Positions 30,978-42,049 of a stretch of DNA of 64,000 bases are shown piece by piece. This stretch comes from Escherichia coli 042 (GTDB lineage: Bacteria > Pseudomonadota > Gammaproteobacteria > Enterobacterales > Enterobacteriaceae). Each line of letters starts with the position of its first letter. The first letter of the stretch is position 1. The notes beneath the pieces were generated by a model. That model had not been told where the DNA came from and made no database searches. It worked only from the letters and a program-made list of their open reading frames with translations. A program made the translations under genes and the position numbers. Where the stretch lies: NCBI RefSeq assembly GCF_000027125.1, contig NC_017626.1; one strand, 5' to 3'.

Positions 30978-31592
30978 ATGACCCATTTTTCACAGCAAGA
31001 TAATTTTTCTGTCGCGGCGCGCGTGTTGGGCGCGCTGTTTTATTACGCTCCAGAGAGTGCGGAAGCCGCACCACTGGTTGCGGTACTCACCAGTGACGGC
31101 TGGGAAACTCAGTGGCCTCTACCAGAAGCGTCATTAGCGCCGCTGGTGACGGCTTTTCAGGCACAGAGTGAAGAGACTCGCGCCCAGGCCTGGCAACGTT
31201 TGTTTGTCGGTCCGTGGGCTCTGCCATCACCGCCGTGGGGGTCGGTCTGGCTGGATCGCGAATCTGTGCTGTTTGGCGATTCAACATTGGCACTTCGTCA
31301 GTGGATGCGCGAGAAAGGCATTCAGTTTGAAATGCAGCAAAACGAACCGGAAGATCATTTTGGTTCACTGCTGTTGATGGCTGCGTGGTTGGCGGAGAAT
31401 GGTCGCCAGACAGAATGCGAAGAATTGCTGGCATGGCACCTTTTTCCGTGGTCAACACGTTTTCTTGACGTTTTTATCGAAAAAGCAGAACACCCTTTCT
31501 ACCGTGCACTGGGTGAACTGGCTCGCTTAACGCTGGCGCAATGGCAATCACAACTGTTAATTCCTGTCGCGGTTAAACCACTCTTTCGATAG
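30978..31592 (+). CDS. dmsD: Tat proofreading chaperone DmsD
   Basis: MTHFSQQDNFSVAARVLGALFYYAPESAEAAPLVAVL...; 204 aa. Confidence 0.95.
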   Translation: MTHFSQQDNFSVAARVLGALFYYAPESAEAAPLVAVLTSDGWETQWPLPEASLAPLVTAFQAQSEETRAQAWQRLFVGPWALPSPPWGSVWLDRESVLFGDSTLALRQWMREKGIQFEMQQNEPEDHFGSLLLMAAWLAENGRQTECEELLAWHLFPWSTRFLDVFIEKAEHPFYRALGELARLTLAQWQSQLLIPVAVKPLFR

Positions 31593-31785
31593 GATCACCG
31601 TAATATTGCCGGATGGTGGCGATTACGCGCAATTCGGCAATAATAGGTTACAGTGTCACGTTTTTTATCTCTTAAAGCACGCACTGCTTTTGCGTCTGGC
31701 TTCTTTTGCCGCAAAATAGTCGCCCGTGTTTCATTGCCCATTTCTGCTCATGCATCATCTACACATCTATCCGGATCTGCGCACT

Positions 31786-33042
31786 ATGTTCCGCCGTCTG
31801 CTTATCGCAACAGCTGTCGGTATTCTCGCGGCCTTTGCCGTTGCCGGGTTTCGTCATGCGATGCTGCTACTGGAGTGGTTGTTCCTCAATAATGACTCGG
31901 GCAGTCTGGTCAATGCAGCGACAAATCTTTCCCCGTGGCGACGGCTTCTAACTCCGGCGCTCGGCGGACTGGCGGCGGGTTTGTTGTTGATGGGCTGGCA
32001 GAAATTTACCCAGCAACGCCCTCATGCGCCGACCGATTACATGGAAGCGTTGCAAACCGATGGGCAGTTTGATTACGCAGCAAGCCTGGTTAAATCCCTT
32101 GCCTCTCTGCTGGTAGTAACCAGCGGCAGTGCAATTGGTCGCGAAGGTGCGATGATTCTTTTAGCTGCCCTTGCTGCCTCCTATTTTGCGCAACGTTTTA
32201 CGCCACGCCAGGAGTGGAAATTTTGGATCGCCTGTGGAGCTGCGGCGGGAATGGCTGCGGCCTATCGTGCCCCGCTTGCTGGCAGTTTATTTATAGCCGA
32301 AGTGCTGTTTGGCACTATGATGTTGGCCTCTCTCGGCCCGGTGATTATTTCCGCCGTCGTGGCGTTGCTGGTTAGCAATCTGATTAATCATAGCGACGCG
32401 TTACTCTACAGCGTACAACTCTCAGTGACGGTTCAGGCTCGTGACTATGCGCTGATTATCAGTACAGGTGTGCTGGCAGGTCTGTGCGGACCACTGTTGT
32501 TAACGTTGATGAACGCCTGTCATCGTGGATTTGTAAGTCTCAAGCTTGCGCCGCCCTGGCAACTGGCACTGGGCGGGTTGATCGTGGGTCTGCTTTCCCT
32601 GTTCACACCTGCAGTGTGGGGCAACGGCTATAGCACCGTACAATCCTTTTTAACCGCTCCGCCACTGTTAATGATCATTGCCGGGATCTTCCTCTGTAAA
32701 CTGTTTGCCGTGCTGGCGAGTAGTGGTTCTGGCGCGCCCGGTGGTGTCTTTACACCGACGCTATTTATCGGTCTTGCCATTGGCATGTTGTATGGTCGTA
32801 GCCTGGGATTATGGTTCCCTGATGGCGAAGAAATGACGCTTTTACTCGGATTGACCGGGATGGCGACACTGTTGGCGGCAACCACGCACGCGCCGATTAT
32901 GTCGACGTTGATGATATGTGAAATGACCGGGGAATATCAGCTACTCCCCGGTTTATTGATTGCCTGCGTAATTGCGTCGGTAATTTCGCGGACGTTACAC
33001 CGTGACTCTATCTACCGCCAGCACACTGCGCAGCATAGCTAA
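31786..33042 (+). CDS. clcB: Voltage-gated ClC-type chloride channel ClcB
   Basis: [33 protein letters not shown]...; GREG and GxFxP-type motifs. Confidence 0.9.
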   Translation: MFRRLLIATAVGILAAFAVAGFRHAMLLLEWLFLNNDSGSLVNAATNLSPWRRLLTPALGGLAAGLLLMGWQKFTQQRPHAPTDYMEALQTDGQFDYAASLVKSLASLLVVTSGSAIGREGAMILLAALAASYFAQRFTPRQEWKFWIACGAAAGMAAAYRAPLAGSLFIAEVLFGTMMLASLGPVIISAVVALLVSNLINHSDALLYSVQLSVTVQARDYALIISTGVLAGLCGPLLLTLMNACHRGFVSLKLAPPWQLALGGLIVGLLSLFTPAVWGNGYSTVQSFLTAPPLLMIIAGIFLCKLFAVLASSGSGAPGGVFTPTLFIGLAIGMLYGRSLGLWFPDGEEMTLLLGLTGMATLLAATTHAPIMSTLMICEMTGEYQLLPGLLIACVIASVISRTLHRDSIYRQHTAQHS

Positions 33043-33690
33043 GCGGATGTATTGCCCCAGTTCACGCTGTTCGGCGCGCGGCAGATAAGGCAGTTCACCA
33101 ATGAGCGGTGCCGGAAGTTTTTTACCCAGCACATCAATGATTTCCGCATAATGCGCCAGTCCTGGATTGATTCGGTTAGCCACCCAGCCAATGAGCGGCA
33201 GCCCGTCGTTGGCAATCGCCTGAGCTGTTAGTAGTGCATGGTTAATGCAACCTTCCTGAATACCGACAACCATCAATACCGGCAGTTGTTCCTGCACCAC
33301 CCATTCAGAGAGTGGACGCAAATCATTCATCAGACTGCGCCAGCCGCCAGTCCCTTCTACCACGACATGATCGACTTTTTCGGTCAGGTTTGCCAGGCCG
33401 TTTGAAATGAGGGTGTAATTGATTGGGCAACTGTGCGCCACGCTACTTTCTTCTTCGCTTAACGCGATAGGATTAACTGCTTCATAAGGCAGTTCGATGG
33501 TTGAAACACTCTGCAACACCAGGGCATCTTTATTACGCAGCCCTTCGGGTGTCTCTTTGCTCCCCTTCGCTACGGGTTTATATCCCGCAACCGTTTTTCC
33601 CTGGGAGGCTAACGCTTGTAGCAATGCGCGGGAAACCACCGTTTTCCCTACAGAAGTGTCTGTACCGGTAATAAAGAAACGCTTCAGCAT
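32995..33690 (-). CDS. ynfK: Dethiobiotin synthetase paralog YnfK/BioD2
   Basis: [28 protein letters not shown]-loop; convergent 3' overlap with clcB. Confidence 0.9.
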
Positions 33691-33814
33691 CACTAACTCC
33701 ACCGTTATGCTTCACAAATATAAACTAGGAAAATAATTAACTTTGAAAGTCTAAGTTATGCTTTCCTGGCCCAAATTGAGATAGCGCAAATTTTGGTAGA
33801 ACAGTTAAAAAATG

Positions 33815-35035
33815 TTAACCCTGCAACAGACGAATCAACAAAGAACCGTTATACATCGCGTCTTTTACCAGCGCAGCCCCTGCCATCGTACCCTGGTTAG
33901 AAAACTGAGTACTCTCAACGCTAATGTGCTGACTATACGCAGGAAGGGCCTGCTGACGGATGCTGTCCGAGATGACCGGGAAGAGGATATCTGCCGCTTT
34001 ACTTAACGGTGAGCCAATCAGTATTTTTTGTGGGTTAAATAAATTCACCATGATGGCAAGAATGCGCCCGACATGCGCGCCCACCCCGGTAATGATGTCT
34101 TTTGCCAGCAGATCGCCGCGCAATGCCGCCTGACACAATGAGTCCACGGTTAACGGCTGTCCATGTAACATCGAGCTCATGGATTGATTGAGACGCAGCT
34201 GTGCCAGCTCAAGAATACTGTCCACACTGGCGATGGTTTCGAGGCAGCCGTGATTCCCGCAATAACAACGTTTCCCATACGGGTCGACCTGTGTGTGGCC
34301 TATTTCCACGAGACTACTGCTGCCTGCGTGTAGCAGATGACCATCGGTAATGACGCCCGCCCCCACGTTGTGATCGATAACCACCTGAATCACATCGCGC
34401 GCCCCGCGTGAGGCACCAAACAAGGCCTCAGCCATCGTCCATGCGCTGATATCATGCTGAATATAAACCGGTACGCCGGTATGCTGCTCCAGCGCCTCGC
34501 CGAGCGGCATCTCTTTTACATCCTCGTAGAACGGCATGCGATGTACAATACCATTTTCCGTATCAATAATTCCCGGCAAGGTAATGGCAATCGAAGTCAG
34601 ACGCTCAAGTTTTTTCTGATGGCGGATAAAAAACTGATCGATATGGGAAATAATACGATCCAGCAATGGCAAGTCATCTTTTAACGCCAGTTCCTGCGAC
34701 TCTTCCACCACCAGTTTGCTGCTCAGATCGCGCAGAGCAAGGAAAATCTCCCCGCGACTAATGCGCAGAGAAAGATAGTGCCAGGCTTCAGTTTCAACCA
34801 CCAGCCCCACCGCCGGACGGCCACGGTTCCCCGCTTCTTTGATTTCCAGCTCTTGCACCAGGTGTGCTTCGAGCATCTCACGGACAATTTTAGTGATACT
34901 GGCAGGAGCCAGTTGCGCCAGACGGGAAAGATCGATACGCGAGACTGGACCAAGCTGATCAATCAGGCGATAAACCGCGCCCGCGTTGGTCTGCTTTATT
35001 TGATCAATGTGCCCAGGCTGGTTTTCAGCAACCAC
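33815..35035 (-). CDS. mlc: ROK-family global regulator Mlc (DgsA)
   Basis: MVAENQPGHIDQIKQTNAGAVYRLIDQLGPVSRIDLSRLAQL...; 406 aa. Confidence 0.95.
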   Translation of the reverse strand: MVAENQPGHIDQIKQTNAGAVYRLIDQLGPVSRIDLSRLAQLAPASITKIVREMLEAHLVQELEIKEAGNRGRPAVGLVVETEAWHYLSLRISRGEIFLALRDLSSKLVVEESQELALKDDLPLLDRIISHIDQFFIRHQKKLERLTSIAITLPGIIDTENGIVHRMPFYEDVKEMPLGEALEQHTGVPVYIQHDISAWTMAEALFGASRGARDVIQVVIDHNVGAGVITDGHLLHAGSSSLVEIGHTQVDPYGKRCYCGNHGCLETIASVDSILELAQLRLNQSMSSMLHGQPLTVDSLCQAALRGDLLAKDIITGVGAHVGRILAIMVNLFNPQKILIGSPLSKAADILFPVISDSIRQQALPAYSQHISVESTQFSNQGTMAGAALVKDAMYNGSLLIRLLQG

Positions 35036-35169
35036 CGCATACTCCCTATATTTTCGCGCTCCGAAATAATCTGTAGGCTATGGTGAAGCACTTCAATACG
35101 TGTCGTCAAATTTTTACTTAGGCATGTGATTAACAGCACATTTTTCGGGCTTTTTCGCTGAAATTTCCC

Positions 35170-36063
35170 TCACCTGAGAGCATTCAGCAGATGAATACGA
35201 AAGTTACGCGCAGCTGGACTTTGTTCATGATGTTTCGGCCAGACCAACCACATTTCAGAAACTGCATCCTCTTCAGCAATCGGCACCCAGCGCATTTCGT
35301 TGAGCTGAACACGTTTAAATGACGCAGGCAAAATTGAAACACCCAGACCGGCGGAAACCAGACCGATGATGGTCATTGCCTCGCCCACCTCCTGAGTGAT
35401 GACGGGCGTCAAATGGTAACGTCGCATCAGTCCGAGAATATCGTCATACAGCCCTGTCCCTACATGCGGATCAAAAAAGACAAAGGGTTCTTTCGCCAGT
35501 TCAGCCAGCGTTACATTCGGGTTATTTGCCAGGGGATGATCGTGCGGGATCATCGCCATAAGCGGTTCATGGACGATGACTGCGTGTTCAAGCGTCTCCG
35601 GTAACGCTGTGTTACGCAGCAATCCCATATCCAGCGTTCCTTCAATGAGCGGGGCGATTTGCTCGCGAGTGTTCATTTCGCGGGTTTGTAAATGGACATC
35701 AGGATAATCACGGCGAAACAGCGATAACGTATCGGACACCGCCCGAATAAAAGGAGCGGACGAAGTAAAACCAATGCGCAACTCCCCCGCTTCGCCCTGA
35801 TGCAGCCTTTCAGCGCGAGCGGCAGCGTCATCCACCATAGACAGGATTTGCCGACTATCTGCAAGAAACTGTTTTCCTGCTGCCGTCAGCAATACACTGC
35901 GATTGGTCCGTGCCAGCAGTCGGGCACCGATTTGTTGCTCCAGTGCCTGAATCTGCTGACTTAGCGGCGGTTGCGAAATATTCAGGCGGGCAGCCGCGCG
36001 CCCAAAATGCAGCTCTTCCGCAACAGCAACAAAGTAACGCAGATGACGAAGTTCAATATTCAT
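35170..36063 (-). CDS. ynfL: LysR-family transcriptional regulator YnfL
   Basis: MNIELRHLRYFVAVAEELHFGRAAARLNISQPPLSQQIQALE. Confidence 0.9.
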   Translation of the reverse strand: MNIELRHLRYFVAVAEELHFGRAAARLNISQPPLSQQIQALEQQIGARLLARTNRSVLLTAAGKQFLADSRQILSMVDDAAARAERLHQGEAGELRIGFTSSAPFIRAVSDTLSLFRRDYPDVHLQTREMNTREQIAPLIEGTLDMGLLRNTALPETLEHAVIVHEPLMAMIPHDHPLANNPNVTLAELAKEPFVFFDPHVGTGLYDDILGLMRRYHLTPVITQEVGEAMTIIGLVSAGLGVSILPASFKRVQLNEMRWVPIAEEDAVSEMWLVWPKHHEQSPAARNFRIHLLNALR

Positions 36064-36169
36064 ATTTAAAACATCTTATTTGAGATTATTAATATATTAG
36101 ACAGAACAATTCCATTTTCCTACCCTATGTATAAACCTGATCCACAGGCATACTTAGCAAGGATTTCAA

Positions 36170-37423
36170 GTGAGCCGTACTACAACTGTTGATGGCGCTC
36201 CGGCAAGCGACACTGACAAGCAAAGCATTTCTCAGCCAAATCAATTTATTAAACGCGGTACGCCGCAATTTATGCGCGTCACCCTGGCGCTGTTCTCTGC
36301 CGGACTGGCAACCTTCGCACTTCTCTATTGTGTGCAACCTATCCTTCCGGTGCTTTCACAAGAGTTTGGCTTAACGCCTGCTAACAGTAGTATTTCACTG
36401 TCCATTTCAACGGCGATGTTGGCTATCGGTTTGCTGTTTACTGGCCCGCTATCCGATGCCATTGGTCGCAAACCAGTGATGGTCACGGCGCTACTGTTGG
36501 CCTCCATTTGTACGTTACTTTCGACAATGATGACCAGCTGGCACGGCATTTTGATTATGCGCGCCTTGATTGGGCTTTCGTTAAGTGGCGTGGCAGCTGT
36601 TGGCATGACTTATCTTAGCGAGGAAATCCACCCCAGTTTCGTGGCCTTTTCGATGGGGTTGTATATCAGCGGCAACTCAATTGGCGGTATGAGCGGACGC
36701 TTAATTAGCGGTGTCTTCACGGACTTTTTCAACTGGCGAATTGCTTTGGCGGCAATCGGTTGTTTCGCGCTGGCCTCGGCGTTGATGTTCTGGAAAATCC
36801 TCCCGGAATCACGCCATTTTCGCCCGACTTCACTGCGCCCTAAGACGTTATTCATCAACTTTCGTCTGCACTGGCGTGACCGGGGATTACCGTTATTGTT
36901 CGCAGAAGGCTTTTTGCTGATGGGGTCGTTCGTCACGCTGTTTAATTACATCGGCTATCGGTTGATGCTCTCTCCCTGGCATGTCAGCCAGGCCGTGGTT
37001 GGCTTATTATCGCTGGCCTATTTGACCGGTACATGGAGCTCCCCCAAAGCCGGAACCATGACCACCCGCTATGGGCGCGGTCCGGTGATGTTGTTTTCGA
37101 CGGGGGTTATGCTGTTTGGTTTACTGATGACCTTATTTAGCTCGCTGTGGCTGATCTTTGCCGGAATGTTACTCTTCTCAGCCGGATTCTTCGCAGCCCA
37201 CTCAGTAGCCAGCAGCTGGATCGGCCCCCGCGCAAAACGCGCTAAAGGCCAGGCCTCCTCGCTGTATCTGTTCAGTTACTATCTGGGGTCGAGTATTGCC
37301 GGGACGCTGGGTGGTGTTTTCTGGCATAACTATGGCTGGAACGGCGTCGGCGCATTTATTGCTCTGATGCTGGTCATTGCTCTGCTGGTCGGGACGAGTT
37401 TGCATCGTCGTCTGCACGCCTGA
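36170..37423 (+). CDS. ynfM: MFS transporter YnfM
   Basis: 12-TM MFS profile; divergent from ynfL. Confidence 0.9.
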   Translation: MSRTTTVDGAPASDTDKQSISQPNQFIKRGTPQFMRVTLALFSAGLATFALLYCVQPILPVLSQEFGLTPANSSISLSISTAMLAIGLLFTGPLSDAIGRKPVMVTALLLASICTLLSTMMTSWHGILIMRALIGLSLSGVAAVGMTYLSEEIHPSFVAFSMGLYISGNSIGGMSGRLISGVFTDFFNWRIALAAIGCFALASALMFWKILPESRHFRPTSLRPKTLFINFRLHWRDRGLPLLFAEGFLLMGSFVTLFNYIGYRLMLSPWHVSQAVVGLLSLAYLTGTWSSPKAGTMTTRYGRGPVMLFSTGVMLFGLLMTLFSSLWLIFAGMLLFSAGFFAAHSVASSWIGPRAKRAKGQASSLYLFSYYLGSSIAGTLGGVFWHNYGWNGVGAFIALMLVIALLVGTSLHRRLHA

Positions 37424-37846
37424 AAAATAAGTCCGGACTGCGGTAAATACCCATCCGGACTTATTGCCTGCTCAAACCAACGTTAATAGCCATCCTAAAA
37501 TAGACGAAGCGCCAGCCAATTCCCGCAGCGCATCTAGCGTCATCAGGATTATAAGTACCCAAATAAACGGATTCATTTTGCTGTGTGTCATTTATTACTG
37601 ATGCGCAGTTATTCTACCGCTTTGTAAGTAGTAAAATAGTTAACCTGATCAAGACTACTATTATTGGTAGCTAAATTTCCCTTAAGTCACAATACGTTAT
37701 TATCAACGCTGTAATTTATTCAGCGTTTGTACATATCGTTACACGCTGAAACCAACCACTCACGGAAGTCTGCCATTCCCAGGGATATAGTTATTTCAAC
37801 GGCCCCGCAGTGGGGTTAAATGAAAAAACAAATTGAGGGTATGACA

Positions 37847-38155
37847 ATGAAAAAAGTATTAGCTCTGGTTGTTGCCGCTGCTATGGGTCTGTCTTCTGCT
37901 GCCTTTGCTGCAGAGACTGCGACCACACCTGCTCCGACTGCGACGACCACCAAAGCAGCGCCGGCGAAAACCACACATCATAAAAAACAGCATAAAGCAG
38001 CACCTGCCCAGAAAGCGCAGGCGGCTAAAAAGCATCATAAAAATGCCAAAGCTGAACAGAAAGCTCCTGAACAAAAAGCGCAGGCAGCGAAGAAACACGC
38101 CAAGAAACACAGCCATCAGCAACCGGCAAAACCTGCTGCACAACCCGCAGCGTAA
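37847..38155 (+). CDS. asr: Acid shock protein Asr
   Basis: [21 protein letters not shown] signal peptide, Lys/Ala/His-rich repeats. Confidence 0.9.
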   Translation: MKKVLALVVAAAMGLSSAAFAAETATTPAPTATTTKAAPAKTTHHKKQHKAAPAQKAQAAKKHHKNAKAEQKAPEQKAQAAKKHAKKHSHQQPAKPAAQPAA

Positions 38156-38247
38156 GTTATCAATAGTAATGCTGGCGCGCCCCCTCGCGCCTGAAAATTA
38201 CGGTGCTAAGCGGATAACGTTTAGCACCGCCTTTAGCGGAGGGTAGT

Positions 38248-38331
38248 ATGGTGGGCCGTTATCGCTTTGAGTTCATTCTTATCATCCTTATTTTATGCGC
38301 ACTGATTGCCGCCCGTTTTTATCTTTCCTGA
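38248..38331 (+). CDS. ydgU: Small membrane protein YdgU (27 aa)
   Basis: Hand translation MVGRYRFEFILIILILCALIAARFYLS. Confidence 0.65.
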   Translation: MVGRYRFEFILIILILCALIAARFYLS

Positions 38332-38430
38332 TCGTAGTTATCTGATTTTACTCCCACTTTCATCCCGTCCCGTCTATAGTATTTATGAGGGTTTGCTTTT
38401 AATAATCATAATTACCCACCAGAGTGTGAT

Positions 38431-39252
38431 ATGCGTACAACCATTGCTGTAGTGTTGGGTGCAATTAGTTTGACGTCTGCTTTTGTGTTTGCAGATAAAC
38501 CAGACGTTGCCAAATCGGCAAACGATGAGGTCAGCACCCTGTTTTTTGGTCATGATGATCGTGTGCCAGTGAATGACACGACCCAATCACCGTGGGATGC
38601 GGTTGGCCAACTGGAAACGGCCAGCGGCAATTTATGTACGGCGACGCTGATTGCACCCAATCTGGCATTAACGGCAGGACACTGTTTATTGACGCCGCCA
38701 AAGGGTAAAGCCGATAAAGCGGTAGCGCTGCGTTTCGTGTCAAATAAAGGTCTTTGGCGCTATGAGATCCACGACATAGAAGGCCGCGTTGATCCGACAC
38801 TGGGAAAGCGGTTAAAAGCAGATGGGGATGGCTGGATTGTACCTCCCGCAGCTGCGCCCTGGGATTTCGGTTTGATTGTGCTACGTAATCCCCCTTCTGG
38901 CATTACACCGTTGCCGTTATTTGAGGGAGATAAAGCCGCGCTTACCGCCGCATTAAAAGAGGCAGGTCGTAAAGTGACTCAGGCGGGATACCCTGAAGAT
39001 CATCTCGATACGTTGTACAGTCATCAAAACTGTGAAGTGACTGGCTGGGCGCAAACGTCGGTGATGTCGCATCAGTGCGATACCTTGCCGGGTGACAGCG
39101 GTTCGCCTCTGATGTTGCATACCGATGACGGCTGGCAATTAATTGGGGTGCAAAGTTCGGCTCCTGCCGCGAAAGATCGCTGGCGCGCCGATAACCGGGC
39201 CATTTCTGTTACCGGTTTTCGCGACAGGCTGGATCAACTGTCGCAAAAATAA
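38431..39252 (+). CDS. ydgD: Secreted trypsin-like serine peptidase YdgD
   Basis: Signal peptide; TAGHC and GDSGSP catalytic motifs. Confidence 0.9.
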   Translation: MRTTIAVVLGAISLTSAFVFADKPDVAKSANDEVSTLFFGHDDRVPVNDTTQSPWDAVGQLETASGNLCTATLIAPNLALTAGHCLLTPPKGKADKAVALRFVSNKGLWRYEIHDIEGRVDPTLGKRLKADGDGWIVPPAAAPWDFGLIVLRNPPSGITPLPLFEGDKAALTAALKEAGRKVTQAGYPEDHLDTLYSHQNCEVTGWAQTSVMSHQCDTLPGDSGSPLMLHTDDGWQLIGVQSSAPAAKDRWRADNRAISVTGFRDRLDQLSQK

Positions 39253-39290
39253 TGTTCAAACGCTGCCCGACAGCGCGGGCAGCGTGTTCA

Positions 39291-39620
39291 TCAGGCAAGT
39301 TTCACCATGATCATTCCAGCCAACAGCAAGACCAGGCCAATCCAGCCTTTACGATTTAACCGTTGACCAAACAAGATCCAACCTGCGGCTAACGTGGCGG
39401 CAATACCAAACCCGCCCCACAATGCATAAGCGACAGACAAGTCGATCCCTTTAACGGCCTGAGAAAGCGCACTAAAGGCAGCCAGCACCGCCGACAGGGA
39501 GAGCAAGCCAAATATTTTGCGACGAAAGCCGTCAGAAAATTTCAAAAAGACGTTAGCAACGATTTCCAGCACGATTGCCAATGCCAGCCAGGCGGCGTGA
39601 ACCCATTCAAACTGCGCCAT
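39291..39620 (-). CDS. mdtI: SMR-family spermidine exporter subunit MdtI
   Basis: 109 aa, 4 TM; overlaps mdtJ. Confidence 0.95.
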
Positions 39621-39972
39621 GGTTCACCTCCAGTTCAGGTTTACGCGCTTTACGGGTACCTGATTTGATCAATACAATCCCGGCCACCAGGGTGGTTAAC
39701 CCGGCAATTTTCATCAGCGATAAACTTTCGTCGAATAACAAAACGCTAAACAAGGTAATAAATAAAATACCGATACCTTCCCACAGCGCATAAGCCACGC
39801 CTAAGGCGATTTTTTTAACGGCGAAAGAGAGAAATATATACGACAGAGAAATCATCACCAGCATTAAAATAAAGCCGCCATTTCCCTCACTGACGCTCGC
39901 CCATTTCATGGACAGCGTACCGGTAATTTCTGTAGCAATAGCCAGGCCTAATAAAATCCAATAAATATACAT
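39607..39972 (-). CDS. mdtJ: SMR-family spermidine exporter subunit MdtJ
   Basis: 121 aa, 4 TM. Confidence 0.95.
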
Positions 39973-40383
39973 TGTCCTTCTCCTGCAAGAGAATTATTTT
40001 AATTTTCGCTTAATTCAGCGAAACCAAAGTAAAGTGGTCAAGCCCCGCGCTTAGCGCAAGCTTTGGCAGAAGAAAGGACTAAAGCGCGTTGCGCCAGTGC
40101 TGCTCACCTACGAGCAAGATAGTGGATGAGGTACGAAGATGGGTAAATGTAGAAAATAACGTCCTGAACAAATTGTCCATAATATTACAATTATCCGCAG
40201 TGTTGCTTCTCGTCATCGCGGATGATAATTGTCCTCGGTAGTTGAACACGCCTGATTTGTATCATAGCTTAAGAATTAACTCAAAATATTTTCACTTCTT
40301 TACCTGAGCGGTTTGATTTTCGTTATGATGACGGAGCGAAAAAGACATTATTATTAGCAAAGGAAGAAAAAACGGGGACAAGC

Positions 40384-40530
40384 ATGGCAAAGCCGATCAT
40401 CACGCTCAATGGCCTAAAAATCGTCATTATGTTGGGAATGCTGGTCATTATTCTCTGCGGTATCCGTTTTGCCGCCGAGATCATCGTGCCGTTTATTCTC
40501 GCATTATTTATTGCTGTTATATATAACTAA
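40384..40530 (+). pseudogene. tqsA: tqsA 5' fragment (first 46 native codons, then island-derived I-Y-N-stop)
   Basis: [46 protein letters not shown] then frame leaves native sequence at 40521. Confidence 0.85.
40512..40520. repeat. attL core direct repeat TGCTGTTAT
   Basis: Identical 9-mer at 51546-51554; joining the flanks restores ...[18 protein letters not shown]... of TqsA. Confidence 0.65.
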
Positions 40531-40593
40531 TTTCACTTAACGCATTGATTTAATTAAATGATTTGCACTACAAAAAGTGCCATAAATCGCAAA

Positions 40594-40617
40594 ATGACTA
40601 CACCAGTGACTACACCG
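40594..40617. repeat. Arm-type tandem repeat ATGACTACACC-AGTGACTACACCG near attL
   Basis: Same 23-24 nt tandem motif present at 51395-51418 near attR in same orientation. Confidence 0.55.
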
Positions 40618-40934
40618 TTCGGTGCACTGTATGAAACAACGTGGAACAAATAGACACAAGAAATATACAGGCGGGTCATCTTTCCAGGGGGAAGCGCGCT
40701 AATTCATGAGGGGCGTTAATGTTGATATGGGGATCCCCATAACGGGGCTACCGGATTTTTTTTCCGGTTAACTGTTAATCAGGCTGGTGGGCTTTACCTG
40801 TTTTGTAGGAGTGGTCATTATGACCATTCAGACAATGACCTTAATCAGAACTTTTCGCTAAAAAATGACGTTGGTCACGTCGTCCGGAAAGCACAAAATC
40901 CCGTCAATTTTTAATTAACGGTTAAACCGTCTTT

Positions 40935-40980
40935 TGTCACGGCGTGTCACTGGTTGTCACTCTCCGTCACGGTATGTCGC
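40935..40980. repeat. Five GTCAC-type half-sites phased at exactly 10 bp
   Basis: tGTCACggcgtGTCACtggttGTCACtctccGTCACggtatGTCGC; GTCAC is the reverse complement of the GTGAC of the arm repeats. Confidence 0.5.
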
Positions 40981-40986
40981 TACTCG

Positions 40987-41268
40987 TTAACGCCGTAACC
41001 GCTCCGGCTTCTTCCAGTGGTACGTAATTTTCTCCGTTTCCCGATACAGTGCCACGCGGCGATTGTAGGCCAGCATTTCAAGAACGCGGATCCGTATGTT
41101 GCGCATATCCACATCATTAAGCTGGATACCATCACGGCGCATCACCTCAGCAACCACACGCGCGTAATTTTCGGCGGTCACGCTGTCCGGCTGCGTGGCC
41201 TGTTCGTCATGCTGCTGGCTGATTCCGGTAACGCGGCGGATTAATCCCAGTAGTTCGGCTTCTGTCAT
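40987..41268 (-). CDS. Hypothetical island protein (93 aa from MTEAELLGLIRR)
   Basis: ORF; start chosen downstream of cos copy 1 with GGGGG SD-like upstream; longer ORF-track N-terminus would read through cos. Confidence 0.35.
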   Translation of the reverse strand: MTEAELLGLIRRVTGISQQHDEQATQPDSVTAENYARVVAEVMRRDGIQLNDVDMRNIRIRVLEMLAYNRRVALYRETEKITYHWKKPERLRR

Positions 41269-41301
41269 TGTGCCCCCATCGCTCTGATAGTCTGGTGTCG
41301 T

Positions 41302-41366
41302 CGGGTCCTTCCTGGAATTATGGCCCGTTACGGGGCGGCGACCTCGCGCGTTTTCACTATTTATGA
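41302..41366 (+). other. Lambda-type cos site copy 1 (cosN GGGCGGCGACCT at 41333-41344), followed by ACCGGACAT repeats at 41383-41479
   Basis: cgggtccttcc...gttacgGGGCGGCGACCTcgcgcgttttcactatttatgaaaatttt closely matches recalled lambda cosQ-cosN-left-end sequence. Confidence 0.7.
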
Positions 41367-41547
41367 AAATTTTTCGGGATCCATGTCCGGTTTCTCTGCA
41401 AGTTAACCATATGAAAAATATAAAAACATGCTTTCCATGAACCGGACATGCGCAAAAAACAGACACTAAAACCGGACATCGAACCAGTTAACCGAAAGTG
41501 TGCACAAATCACATGCATTGCTGCGAGTGATTAACAAGTTATCGGCT

Positions 41548-41982
41548 TTACTGTTCTGTATCGGCTGATTGCTCCATGCTGGCACGGCGAACGCTTATGG
41601 CATGACGCCACCCAGCCAGAAAGCCAGCCATTTTATTTCGTGCCTTGCTCACATCTTCCGGTGAATAGCCGTAAATCTGCAAACCTTCATCAAATCGATG
41701 TTCTGTTTCTTCACTGGAGTACTCGTCACGCTCAGATGAAAGCAGCCTGGCAAACATAATTTTTTCCAGCGCACTGGTTTCTACGTGATATCTGATGGTC
41801 TCAAGACGGCTTTTACCTGAAGACCAAAGCAATGTATGCCCGATGTGATAACCGCCAGACTTTCCGCGATCCGCATTAAGATACGGCATCCCCTGTTTGG
41901 TCCATGCGCGAATAGTGGTTCTGTTAACCTTGAAATGTTCAGCTATTTCCTGCTGACTTACAAAACAAGCTTTATCAATCAT
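41548..41982 (-). CDS. Nu1-like small terminase / packaging-specificity protein (144 aa)
   Basis: N-terminus VSQQEIAEHFKVNRTTIRAWTKQGMPYL parallels lambda Nu1 VNKKQLADIFGASIRTIQNWQEQGMPVL winged-HTH. Confidence 0.65.
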   Translation of the reverse strand: MIDKACFVSQQEIAEHFKVNRTTIRAWTKQGMPYLNADRGKSGGYHIGHTLLWSSGKSRLETIRYHVETSALEKIMFARLLSSERDEYSSEETEHRFDEGLQIYGYSPEDVSKARNKMAGFLAGWRHAISVRRASMEQSADTEQ

Positions 41983-42049
41983 AATGTTACCTTAACTGCA
42001 TGGTTAAATATTAATCAAGTGGTGGTGGTGTCACCTTCACGGAAAAACG

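Noticed and set aside
37859-38246. Alternative-frame ORFs overlapping asr (94 and 125 aa)
   Set aside because: Arise from the Lys/Ala-rich repetitive asr coding sequence read in other frames; asr itself is well supported.
40384-40530. tRNA or tmRNA gene as the integration target at attL/attR
   Set aside because: The flanks are protein-coding tqsA sequence that rejoins in frame. No tRNA-like cloverleaf sequence at either junction.
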